Shown: positions 13,591-25,919 of the stretch, in pieces
How the letters are laid out: each line of letters begins with the position of its first letter
How positions within the stretch are numbered: the first letter of the stretch is position 1
NCBI RefSeq assembly: GCF_009914755.1
Contig: NC_060927.1
Direction: 5' to 3' (one strand)
DNA length: 64,000 nucleotides
Source of the DNA: the human T2T-CHM13v2.0 reference genome, Homo sapiens
The notes under the pieces: model-generated
The model's database searches: none
What the model saw: only the letters and a program-made list of their open reading frames with translations
Told to the model about the DNA's origin: nothing
Translations under genes and position numbers: made by a program

Positions 13591-14973
13591 TCTGAGTAGA
13601 GATGCCCCTGACTTTTGACAAATCTCCTATCGGTGCTTGGTACCAGCATGAGCTAACTTTATGATTCAAACCAATAGGACAATTTGCTGAGGTCTGGGAG
13701 CACCTGCTCCAGAGAATCCGTGATCTCACAAAATTAGGCTGAGGTCTAAGGTTTATTTTGCTGTACAACTCCTCTCTTTTTGGAGTTTTACTTGCTTCCA
13801 ACAAGGAAGGCAAGATTTCCTGCTTCTATGATGATGGAAGGCAGGTAACTCCTTTATACAGTTTGAGCTCACTCCCATCAGGGAAGATGAGTTTGCTTTT
13901 TTTTTTGTTTTTTTCTGCTTCTAGGATGGTAGAGTGCAGACATCAGCCTGAGACCTATCCCTGGGCAAGTGACTGAATTGGTGTTTTATTTTGGCTAACA
14001 TTAAACAACCAGCTGGTCTTAATTTCTCCTTACCATTAGAGTGCTCAGTAACAATATAAGTCGTGTGATACTTTGTTTTGCATAACTGTTTTTGTTGTTG
14101 TTATTGTTTGTTTGCTTTTGTTTTTTGTTGTCGTGGTTTTTTCCCCATTGGGTTTGATCAACTCTGTCTGACTTGATCAAATCTGAAGGAGAGTTCCAAA
14201 TTATGGGGAACAAGGCCTCTGAAGTGCTTAAATTTCCACCACAAAAAGAGGAAGAAAAAAGGAGATCTGGTGGGGAAGAAACCATTGTCAAATATAAAAT
14301 GGTATTTGGTTTTCTTTGGAATGTATTTGTATAAATATGTTATAGGTGTGTGTGTTCCAAAATCATGGGAAACTCCTATAATTCTGATATGACTTAGTGT
14401 CCATTATCAGTAATAATTATAAGTGTTATGTTAAATTATTGTGTGCCACAGAGGTAACAAATGTCCTTGTCAATTGTGTCTTTGGCTATGTCTGCTCTGA
14501 AACTTTTTGTCCTTTACAGACAATTGTTGTCTTGTTTTGGTCCTCTTTAGAAGGTGGTTTTAAAATCAGCTATAAAACTCTAACAGGTGCTCTTGAATTC
14601 AGGTTTCTGATAATTTTTGAGATTATGACATTAGAATAGAGGAAAAACTTTCAGGACTCACGGAAAGCTAAAATATTCATGAATATCAAGCAGAACAGGA
14701 ATTAACTGCATGGACTGAACTAATGTAAGACTGAAGTAATCTTTTTGACTTTTTGCTTAAAATGTTGCTGATGCTGTGTTTTGTTCTTCAGAGTCAAGAA
14801 AACTTTTCTTTTGAGCTGTTGACAGCTTTTAACAATTTAATATACTCCTATGAACAAAATTTGGAGAACACTTGTTTCTCTCTACCTGATTGTAGAATTT
14901 GGAAACTATTTGTGAGTATTCTTAACTTACGGTAATACAGTTATTTGCATAAGTGCAATAAAAATCTGTGTTC

Positions 14974-15314
<341 letters not shown>

Positions 15315-15661
15315 TTATCAAGGCTTTGATTGGAATAGAATACTTGTCTTTAAGAAATCAAACTTGACTTATGGAACCAATAAAGGCCCCTGGGGAAAAC
15401 TGACCTCATACCTTGTCTACACAGTCCCTGTACAGGGTTCCTGACCTGTGATAAGTAAAGAATGTCACTTTCTGACAGACCCAGGAGCCCCAAGTTTATC
15501 TCGGAAACTCAAGAGGAGAGGAATTCACCCAACTCATTGGTATTTGAGGGTACAAACCTATGGCTGGGCTTGGCTTTAAAAACGTCTTATCTGAGATTCC
15601 TTCTATGGAACAAGGTTCCATCAAAGCCAATTTACAAGCCTATGTGAAAAATAATTGTTCT

Positions 15662-16091
15662 TGCTGCACTGTATAGAAATAATCAGGCCAAGTGTAATGC
15701 AGCAAATTCATCCTATCATGATTTGTCTTTAGTAAAAATGGAAAACTGGGGAGAGAAAAATTATGTCTCAGAAACTATAGTACACCTGTTGTTACATTCT
15801 AGTCTTGCCTATGTTTTTCAATATGTGTTATTTTCTACAGTTTGGACTGAGTTATAATTTTTCTTGGCTACAAGTCTGAAAAATAATGTTTTCAATTTTT
15901 TTCCTCCTTTTTTCCTGATTTTTTCTAACTTGGAGTCACCAAAAACTAATCTGTACTTTTGTAAAGCCCTGAACTGAAGCTAGACAACTTAAACTTCAGA
16001 AGAAAATAACAGCCACCTATTTACATACATAAAACCACCTTCATACCTGCCTACTGATATATGGACCTCAGAGTAATGCGGAGTATATCAA
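15662..16091 (+). repeat. Donor copy of a ~430-bp local direct duplication
   Basis: Matches 17578-18008 with 6 substitutions and 2 small indels by manual alignment. Confidence 0.97.
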
Positions 16092-17577
16092 TTTTCCAGG
16101 ATTGTTCTTTTGTTTGTTGTTGTTTTTCTCCCTTCCTCCCCCTATTTTCTCTTCATAGGACATGAGACTTCACAACCTGCTAAAAATGAGCTTTCCTAAT
16201 AACTCAGGACATACCCATCTAGGAATAAACCATCCTAGTCATGAGAGATGAGATGAAACCTGAGACCAGAGATTCTTTTTCTTCTAAAATGCTTTCTCCT
16301 AAAGATTTTCTTAAAAGGAGGTGAAACATGAAAGGAAAAAAATCTTGGGGCTCTGAAATCACTAAGCTAAAGGGAGAAGTCAAGCTGGGAACTGCTTAGG
16401 GCCAACCTGCTTCCCATTCTATTCAAAGTCATCCCTCTGCTCACTGAGATAAACACATATCTGGTTGCCTCCTTTGGAGAAACTCAAAACAAATGAAGCC
16501 ACTTGTTTCTTCTCCACCTATGACCTAGACACCCCCTCCCCACTTTGATTCTTCCCACCTTTGCTTTGAGTTATCCTGCCTTTCCAGACTGAACTAATGT
16601 TCATCTTACATATGTTGATTGATGTCTCATATCTCCCAAAAATGTATAAAACCAGTGTGTGCTCTGACCACCTTGGGCACATGTCATCAGGACCTCCTAA
16701 GTCTGAGTCACAGGTGCACGCCTTCAATCTTGGCAAAATAAACTTTCTAAATTAACTGAGACCTGTCTCAGACATTTAGGGTTCACAGTAAACTGGTTAT
16801 TGTGAGTCATAACAAGAACATTCTGGAAGAATAATCCTATTTAATTTTTTATTTATACAAATTTAAGAGGTACAAGTGCAGTTTTGTTAAAGTATATATT
16901 ATGTAGTGGTGAAGTCTGGGCTTTTAGTGTAACTACCATGTGAATAATATACATTGTACCCATAAAGTAATTTCTTATCCCTTTCCCCCTTTCCAGCCTC
17001 TTGAGTCTCCAGTGTCTATTAGTCTATACTCTACGTCCATGGGTACACATTATTTAGCTTCCACTTATAAATGAGAACATGCAGTATTTGACTTTCTGTT
17101 CATGAGTTGTTTCACTTAAGATAATGACCTCTAATTCCATTCATGTTACTACAAAAGACATGATTTCATTCCTTTATATAGCTGAATAGTATTCCAATGT
17201 GTGTGTGTGCATGCATGTGTGTATGTGTGTGTGTATACATACACTTATATATATACATACCACAATTTCTTTATCCATTTATCCACTGATGGAAATTTAG
17301 ATTGATTCCAAATATTTGTTATTGTGAATAGTACTGCGGTAAATATACGAGTCCAGGTATCTTTTTTGGCATAATAATTTCTTTTCCTTTGGGCAGATAC
17401 CCAGTAGTGGAATTGCTGGATCAAATGGTAGTTCTATTTTTAGTTCTTTGACAAATCTCTATACTGTTTTCCATAGAGGTTGTACCAAATTACACTTGCG
17501 CCAAAAGTGTATAAGTGTTCTTTTTTCTCTGCATACTTGCTAACATTTGTTATTATTTGACTTTTTCATAATAGCCA

Positions 17578-18008
17578 TGCTGCACTGTATAGAAATAATT
17601 AGGCCAAGTGTAATACAGCAAATTCATCCTATCATGATTTGTCTTTAGTAAAAATGGAAAACTGGGGAGAGAAAAATTATGTCTCAGAAACTATAGTACA
17701 CCTGTTGTTACATTCTAGTCTTGCCTATGTTTTTCAATTTGTGTTATTTTTTACAGTTTGGACTGAGTTATAATTTTTCTTGGCTACAAGTCTGAAAAAT
17801 AATGTTTTCAATTTTTTTCCTTCTTTTTTCCTGATTTTTTCTAACTTGGAGTCACCAAAAACTAATCTGTACTTTTGTAAAGCCCTGTGAACTGAAGCTA
17901 GACAACTTAAACTTCAGAAGAAAATAACAGCCACCTATTTACATACATAAACCACCTTCATACCTGCCTACTGATATATGGACCTCAGAGTAATGTGGAG
18001 TATATCAA
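17578..18008 (+). repeat. Acceptor copy of the ~430-bp MER4-int duplication, inserted in L1 ORF2
   Basis: L1 sequence stops at ATAGCCA and resumes at TATGTCTCAT. No poly(A) and no TSD. Confidence 0.97.
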
Positions 18009-20226
18009 CTTATGTCTCATCATAAGTTTAATTTGCATTTCTCTTAGTGATGTTGAGCATTTTTACATATGCTTGTCAGCCATTTGTATGTCTGCTTTTG
18101 AAAAATATCTATTCATATCCTTTGCCCATTTTTTAATGGCATTATTTGATTTTTGTTATTGTTGAGTTGTATGAGTTTCTTGTAAATTCTATATATCAGT
18201 ATCCTGTCAGATTTATAGTTTGCAAATATTTTCTCCCATTCTGAAGGTGATCTGTTCACTCTGTTATATCTTCTTCTGGCAGAAGCTTTTTAGTTTAATT
18301 AAGTCGCATTTGTGTATTTCTGTTTCTGTTGCCTCTGCTTTTGAGGTCTTGGTCATGAAGTCTTCGCCTAGACCAATATCCAGAAGAATTTCCCCTAGGT
18401 TTTCTGCCAGTATTTTTCTAATTTCAGGTCTTACATGTAAGCCTTTAATTTATAGTGAATTAATTTTTGTAATAGGTAATAAATAGGGGTCTGGTTTTTT
18501 AATGGTAAATTTTTGTAATGGTAATAAATAGGGCTCTGGTTTTATTCTTCCATATATGGCAAACTAATTTTCCCCTCACCATTTATTATAAAGAGTATCC
18601 TTTCCCCAGTGTATGTTTTTGTCAATTTTGTCAAATATCAGCTGACTATAAATAGCTGATATAAAGGACTCTTTTCTGGGTTCTTTATTCTGTTCCATTG
18701 AACTATGTATCTATTTTTATACCAGGGCCATGCTTTGTTGGTTGCTATAGCCTTATAGAATAATTTGAGGTCAGTAATATGATCACTCTAGCTATGATTT
18801 TTTTTTTTTTTTTTTTTGCTTAGAATTGCTTTGGCTATACATGCTATTTGGTTCCATATGAATTTTAGGAATTTTTTAATTCTGTGAAGAATGATTTTGG
18901 TATTTTAATAGGAATAGCATTGAATCTGTAGATTGCTTTGAGCAGTATGGTCATTTTAATGATATTAATTCTTCTGATCCATGAGCATGGGACATTTTCC
19001 TACTTGTTTGTGTTATGTGCAGCTTCTTTCATCAGTGCGTTGCAGTTTTTTGTACAGATTTTCCTTGGTTAAATATATTTCTGGGTATTTATTTTTGTAG
19101 CCATTGTAAATGGTATTGTGTTCTTGATTTGGTTCTCAGCTTGATTGTTATTAGTGAATAGAAATACTACTAATTTTGTAGATAGATTTTGTTTCCTGAA
19201 ACATTGCTGAATTCATTTATCATATCTAAGAGTATCTGGAAGTTTCCTTAGGAGTTTCTAGGTATAAGATCGTATCTGTGAAGAGAGATAATATGACTTC
19301 CTGTTTTCTAATTTGGATGTCTTTTATTTCCTTATTTTACCTGATTGCTCTGGTTAGGACTTCCAGTACTATGTTGAATAGGAGTGGTGAAAGTTGACAT
19401 CCTTGTCTTGTTCCAGTTCCTAGGGGGATTTCTTTAAACTTTTCCCCATTCAGTATGATGTTGGCTGTAGGTCTGTCATATATGGCCTTTATTATTTTAG
19501 GGCATGTTCCCTCTATGCCTACCTTGTTGAGGGTTTTTATTATGAGGGGATGCTGACTATTGTCAAATGCTATACTATTATTACTTATATAATTTGGTCA
19601 AATTATTTTTTATCCATTCTGCCAATCTATATCTTTTACATGGAGCATTTAATCTATTTACATTCAAGATTAATATTTATATGTGAGGTTTCATTCCTAT
19701 CATAAGGTTAATTTTAATCTAGTTGTTTCATAGGTTCTTTATTCTTTTTTTTCTTCTATATGTTTGTCTTTCTGGTTTCATGGAGTTCTGTCATGCTGCT
19801 ATTTTATTTCTTTTTATTCCTCCTTTGTATAATTTTTTATAAGACCTGAGAATTTTATACTTCCCTGTAGTTTTATGCTGGTGAATATTGACCTTTTATT
19901 TCTGTGTTTAGAACTCCTTTTGGACTCTCCTGTATGGCTGGTTTAGTGCTGATGAATTCTTTCAGAATTTATTTGTCTGGGAACAATTTTATATCTCATT
20001 TTTTAAAGAAGCTTATTGTACATAATATAAAATTTGTGATCGATAGCTTTTTTCTTTAAGAACTCTGAAAATAGTACTTCAAATTCTTATGGCCTGTAAG
20101 GTTTCTGCTGAGAAGTTCACTGTCAGTTGGATAGTGCTTCTTTATAGATTATTATATGCTTATCTCTTGCTGAATTTAGAAATTTTTTTCTTCACATGGA
20201 CTTTAGACAGTTTGATGACTATATCC

Positions 20227-20639
20227 TTTCATGCGCGTCCATGTGAAGAGACCACCAAACAGGCTTTGTGGGAGGAACATGGCTGTTTATTTCACCTGGG
20301 TGCAGGCAGGCTGAGTCCAAAAAGACAGTCAGCAAAGGGAGATAGGGGTGGGGCCATTTTATAGGATTTGGGTAGATAAAGGAAAATTACAGTCAAAGGG
20401 TGTTGTTCTTTGGTGGGCAGGGGTGGGGATCACAAGGTACTCAGTAGGGGAGCTTTTGAGCCAGGATGAGCCAGGAGAAGAAATTTCACAAGACAATGTC
20501 ATCAGTTAAGGCAGGAACAGGCCATTTTCACTTCTTTTGTGGTGGAATGTCATCAGTTAAGGCAGGAACCGGCCATCTGGATGTGTACGTGCAGGTCACA
20601 GGGGATATGATGGCTTAGCTTGGGCTCAGAGGCCTGACA
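20227..20639 (-). promoter_or_regulatory. 3' LTR7 (413 bp) with intact AATAAA
   Basis: Follows PPT AAGAAGACAGGAA; sense AATAAA at 20286-20291. Confidence 0.95.
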
Positions 20640-22488
20640 TTCCTGTCTTCTTATATTAATAAGAAAAATAAAATGAAATAGTGGTAAAGTGTTGGAACGG
20701 CAAAAATTTTAGGGGATGGTATGGAGAGATAATGGGCGATGTTTCTCAGGGCTGCTTTGAGCGGGATTAGGGGCGGCATGGGAACCTAGAGTGGGAGAAA
20801 TTAAGCTGAAAGAAGATTTTGTGGTAAGGGTGATATTGTGGGGTTGTTAGAAGAAACATTTGTCATGTAGAATTATTGGTGATGGCCTGGATATGGTTTT
20901 GTATGAATTGAAAAACTAAATGGAATAACGGAGAAAAACAGGTATAAAAGGTCTAAGAATTGGGACGACTCAGGATATCTGATTAGAGAGTGCCTAAGGA
21001 GATTCAGCATAGTCCTGCCAGCAAAGATTATTTATTTACTTTAAGAGTTAAGAGTGGCAGTTTGGGGATAGCACCAGGAGATATCAGCTGTGATGGCTTG
21101 AAGAAACAGTGTAAACCGGCAGTGTAAACAAGAGCGGGCATGTATGAGTAGTTGAGAATGGTGAATAGGAGTATGACTAGACAGAAGATAGTAGGGATGA
21201 CAAGTTTTTGGGGGCACAGTCTAAGTTGGTCTGATGTCCGGAATGAGACTGGGGCCTAATAAAAAGGAGCATCTATACGGGAGCTTAAGTAGGCTGTACC
21301 TTGTAGCATTCTGAGGACAGGTCTGACTTCTGAGAAGGGAAAGTGGTAAAAGTATTGTCCAGTCCTTTTTAAGTTGGTGGCTGAGCTTGGTGAGGTGTGT
21401 TTTTAAAAGACCTTTAGTCCATTCTACTTTTCTTGAAGATGGAGGACCGTAAGTGATATAAAGGTTTCACTGAATACTAAGAGCCTGAAAAACTGCTTGG
21501 CTGATTCGACTAATAAAGGCTCATCTGTTATCCGACTGTATAGAGGTGGGAAGGCTAAACTGAGGAATTATGTCTGACAGAATGGAAGAAATGACTGCGG
21601 TGGCTTTCTCAGACCCTGTAGGAAAGGCCTCTATCTATCCAGTGAGAGTGTCTACCTAGACTAAGAGGTATTTTAGTTATCTGACTCGGGGCATGTTGAG
21701 TAAAGCTAATTTGCCAGTCCTGGGTGGGGGCAAATCCTCGAGCTTGATGTGTAGGGAAGGGAGGGGGCCTGAATAATCCCTGAGGAGTAGTAGAATAGCA
21801 GATGGAACACTGAGAAGTTATTTCCTTGAGGATAGATTTCCACGATGGAAAGGAAATGAGAGGTTCTAAGAGGTGGGCTAGTGGCTTGTACTATAGCATA
21901 GCCTGCCTTTGCTAGTGTGTGGCGATTAGGCCTGGTGGAACCGCCATCAATAAATCAAGCGTGATCAGGGTGAGGAACAGGAAAGAAGGAAATTTGGGGA
22001 AATGGGGTGAATGTCAGGTGGATCAGAGAGATACAGTCATGGGGGTCCGGTGTGGTATCAGGAATAATGTGGGAGGCCAGATTGAAGTCTGGGCCGGGAA
22101 CAATGGTAATTGTAGGACTTAACAAAGAGTGAGTACAGCTGAAGGAGCCGGGGAGCAGAAAGTATATGCGTCAGGTATGAGGAAGAAAATAGATTTTGGA
22201 AGTTAGGAGAAATGTAGGGAGTGAGTTGAGCATAGTTTGTAATTTTTAGGGCCTCTAAAAGTATTAAAGCAGCAGCAGCTGCTGCATGCAGACATGAGGG
22301 CTAGGCTAAAACAGTAAGGTCAAGTTGTTTGCACAGAAAGGCTACCGGCTGAGGTCCTGGCTCTTGTGTAAGAATTCTGACCGCACTAACCATGCCTAGG
22401 AAGGAAAGGAATTGTTTTGTAAGGGATTGAGGTTTGGGAGATTAATTGGACCCGATCAGCAGGGAAAGCACGTGTGTTTTTATGAGAA

Positions 22489-22918
22489 TTATGCCGAGAT
22501 AGGTAACAGATGAGGATGAAATTTGGGCTTGACTGAAGTAATGGGGGCTGTCTGTGAAGCCTTGCGGCAGGACAGCCCAGGTAATTTGCTGAGCCTAATG
22601 GGTGTCAGTGTCAGTCTAAGTGAAAGCAAAGAAAGGCTGGGACAAGGGGTGCAGGGGAATAGTGAAAAAACCATCTTTAAGATTGAGAACGGAATAGTGA
22701 GTTGTGGAGGAAGGTATTGAGGACAAAATTGTGTACAGGTTGGGCACCACAGGGTGGCTAGGCAAAACAATTTGGTTGGTAAGGCACAGATCCTGAACTA
22801 ATCTGTAAGACTTGTCCGGTTTTAGGACAGGTAAAATGGGGGAATTGTAAGGAGAGTTTATAGGCTTTAAAGGGCCATGCTGTAGCAGGCGAGTGATAAC
22901 AGGCTTTAATCCTTTCAA
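22489..22918 (-). pseudogene. pol: HERV-H pol (reverse transcriptase N-terminal) remnant
   Basis: SPYNSPILPVLKPDKSYRLVQDL...LKDGFFTIPLHPLSQPFFAFT followed by a stop. Confidence 0.92.
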
Positions 22919-23196
22919 AGCATGCTGTGGGATGGGATATTGGCATTGAGTGGGGTAAGGTGATTAGGTTTTAATGAGATGGTAAGGGGTGCATGATCGG
23001 TAGCCAAGGAGGGAGTAGAGGTATCTTATACTTGTGGGGTTAAGGTAGGGGGATACAAGAGGAGGATGCAAAGGAGGCTTTGGATTGGGAAGACAGGTAG
23101 CAATGAGATGTAGCTGTAGTCCAGGAATAGTCAGGGAAGCAGATAATTTACTTAAAGTGTCTCGGCCTAATAAGGGAACTGGGCAGGTGGGGATAA

Positions 23197-23385
23197 CTAA
23201 AAGGATTGCTTAAAAGAGTATTGTCTAAGTTGGCACCAGAGTTGAGGAGTTTTAAGAGGTTTAGAAGCCTGGCTGTCAATACCCACAACAGTTATGGAGG
23301 CAAGGGAAACAGGCCTTTGAAAATAAGGTAATGTGGAGTGAGTAGCCTCGGTATTGATTAAGAAGGGGACAGACTTACCCTCCAC
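23197..23385 (-). pseudogene. pro: HERV-H protease remnant
   Basis: VPFLINTEATHS at the retropepsin DTGA position; the catalytic Asp is absent. Confidence 0.85.
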
Positions 23386-23451
23386 TGTGAGAGTTACCTG
23401 AAGCTCAGCGTCTGTGATAGTCCTGTAGGCTTCCGAGGCAATCAGGCAGCG

Positions 23452-23781
23452 TCAGTCTTCAGCCGCTAAGCCAAGAAGATCTGGGAAGGAGTCAGTCAGA
23501 GAGCCTCGGGCCAGAGTTCCAGGGGCTCTGGGAGTGGCTGCCAGGTGAGTTGAACAGTCTGATTTCCAGTGGGGTCCCGCACAGTTGGGACGCGGCTTAG
23601 GAGGAATCCTGGGCTGCAGGCATTCCTTGGCCTTGTGGCCAGATTTCTGGCACTTGTAGCAACCTCCTTGGGGAGGAGGTTCTGGAGGAATGCCTGGCTG
23701 CTGTGGCTCAGGCGTTTGGAAGTTCTTGTGTGCTGGAGATGTGGGTGGGGTTTGTCTCACAGTGGAGGTAAGGAATTGCAA
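23452..23781 (-). pseudogene. gag: HERV-H gag nucleocapsid remnant
   Basis: Zinc knuckle CYKCQKSGHKAKEC; second knuckle degenerate (RPNCAGPHWKSDC); ends LLGLAAED-stop. Confidence 0.9.
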
Positions 23782-25485
23782 CTTTTTTCTGTTATTGTAA
23801 ACCTTGAAGGCAAGGTTAATTAAATCCTGTTGTAGGGTTTGAGGGCCGGAATTTAATTTTTGGAGTTTTATTTAATGTCGGGAGCAGATTGGGTAATAAA
23901 ATGTATTTTGAGAATAAGACGGCCTTTTGACCTTTTAGGGTCTAGGGCTGTAAAGCGTCTCAGGGTTGCTGCCGAACAAGCCATGAACTGGGCTGGGTTT
24001 TTTATATTTGATGAAAAAGAGTCTAAACGCTATTTGATTTGGGAGAGGTCGGATAAAGAAAAAGGAGCATTAACCTTGACTATGCCTTTAGCTTCAGCCA
24101 CCTTTTTAAGAGTAAATTGCTGGGCAGGTGGGGGAGGGCTACTCACGGACTGAAACTGTAAACCGGACTGGGTGTGAGGAGGGGAGGTGATAAAAAGATT
24201 ATAGGGTGGAGGAGCAGAGGCTGAGGAAGAATTGGGACTTAGCTCGGCCTGGTGATGAGCAGCCTGAGGAGGAGGGGAAATATCAGATGGGTCTGTAGAA
24301 AAGGAAGACTGGAAAGACTCAGCAACGCTTGGGGTTGGGACTGAGGGGACAACCTCAGTCAGGAGAGAAAGAAGGAGGATTTGGGAGGAATCGCATTGGG
24401 AACAGAGACTAGAGAGGGACAGATGTGTAAAAGAATGCCTGGATGTCAGGCACCTCAGACCATTTGCCCGTTTTATGACAAGAATTATTTAGATCTTGTA
24501 GGATGGAAAAATTGAAAGTGCCATTTTCTGGCTATTTGGAACTACTGTTGAGTTTGTACTGGGGTCAAGCGGCATTGCAGAAGAAAATAAGATGCTTAGA
24601 TTTTAGGTCAGGTGAGAGTTGAAGAGGTTTTAAGTTCTTAAGAACACAGGCTAAGGGAGAAGAAGGAGGAATGGAGGGTGGAAGGTTGCCCATAGTGAAG
24701 GGGGCAAGCCCAGAGAAAAGAGAGAGTAGGGACACGGAAGGAAGGGGTTCGGGGGTTCTTACCCTCCAGAAAAGTGGGAAAGGGGTCAAGGCACAGAGAT
24801 ACAAGGTCAGGGCACGGAAATAAGGGATTGGGGCACAGAGATATAAGAGGGTGGGGTGCGGAAATAAGGGATCGGGGCACAGAGATATAAAGGGTTGGGG
24901 TACTTGCCCCTCCCATAGAAAAAAGTGGGACTTGCCACTAAGGGTGAAGGAGAAGGGGTTGGGGGTTTCTTGCCCCCCAGTAAGGCGAAGAAGGGGTAGA
25001 GACATGGAGAGAAGGGGTTGGGGTACTTGCCCCTTCCCTCAAAAAGTGGGACTTGCCACTAAGGGTGAAGGACCAAGGCAGGCATCGCTGCATGGTCTGA
25101 CACCTCTGAAACCTGAATAATCAGAGAGGCCTCCCTGCAATGATTAAACACCAAGGAAAGGCTGCCTTCCCTAGTCCGTGACCGGTGCCAGAGTTTTCGG
25201 TACACAGATAAAACGTGTCTCCTTTGTCTCTACCAGAAAATGAAAGGAATTGAAATTAAGAGAAGGGAGAGATTGAAGTGTGGCGCTAAGATTGAAAGGA
25301 GAAAGAGGTTGAGGGATAGTGAGGGAGGTTGGAGAAAAGAGTAAAAAGAGGCCGCTTACCCGATTTAAAATTGGTGAGATGTTCCTTGGGCTGGTGGGTC
25401 TGAGGACCTGAGGTCGTTGGTGGATCTTTTTCATGGAGCAAAGAACAGGAGGACAGGGGATTGATCTCCCAAGGGAAGTCCCCTG

Positions 25486-25503
25486 ATCTGAGTCATGGCA
25501 CCA
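25486..25503 (-). other. tRNA-His primer binding site
   Basis: TGGTGCCATGACTCAGAT versus TGGTGCCGTGACTCGGAT (two CpG-type changes). Confidence 0.93.
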
Positions 25504-25505
25504 AA

Positions 25506-25919
25506 TTTCATGCACATCTGTGTGAAGAGACCACCAAACAGGCTTTGTGTGAGCAACATGGCTGTTTATTTCACCTGGGTGCAGGCAGGCTGAGTCCGAA
25601 AAGAGAGTCAGCAAAGGGAGATAGGGGTGGGGTCGTTTTATAGGATTTGGGTAGATAAAGGAAAATTATAGTCACAGGGGGTTGTTCTCTGGTGGGCAGG
25701 AGTGGGGGGTCACAAAGTACTCAGTGGGGGAGCTTTTGAGCCAGGATGAGCCAGGAGAAGGAATTTCACAAGACGATGTCATCAGTTAAGGCAGGAACAG
25801 GCCATTTTCACTTCTTTTGTGGTGGAATGTCATCAGTTAGGGCAGGAACTGGCCATCTGGATGTGTACGTGCAGGTCACAGGGGATATGATGGCTTAGCT
25901 TGGGCTCAGAGGCCTGACA
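25506..25919 (-). promoter_or_regulatory. 5' LTR7 (414 bp), candidate promoter
   Basis: Sense TATAAAA at 25636-25642; about 22 substitutions and 1 indel versus the 3' LTR by manual count, many at CpG sites. Confidence 0.93.

Larger units (their letters stand above)
20227..25919 (-). mobile_element. HERV-H provirus (common 5.7-kb deleted form) with two LTR7
   Basis: LTRs TGTCAGGCCTCTGAGCCCAAGC...CATGAAA on the minus strand; 5-bp TSD TATCC at 20222-20226 and 25920-25924; His PBS; PPT; gag, pro and pol remnants. Confidence 0.98.

Noticed and set aside
24760-25075. G-rich tandem and direct repeats, possible G-quadruplexes
   Set aside because: These look like the usual repeats of the HERV-H leader region and are not specific to this locus.
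24565-25614. 146-147 aa ORFs in the HERV-H leader
   Set aside because: Non-ATG or LTR-spanning, low-complexity Pro/Leu-rich frames, as expected from C-rich HERV-H sequence.
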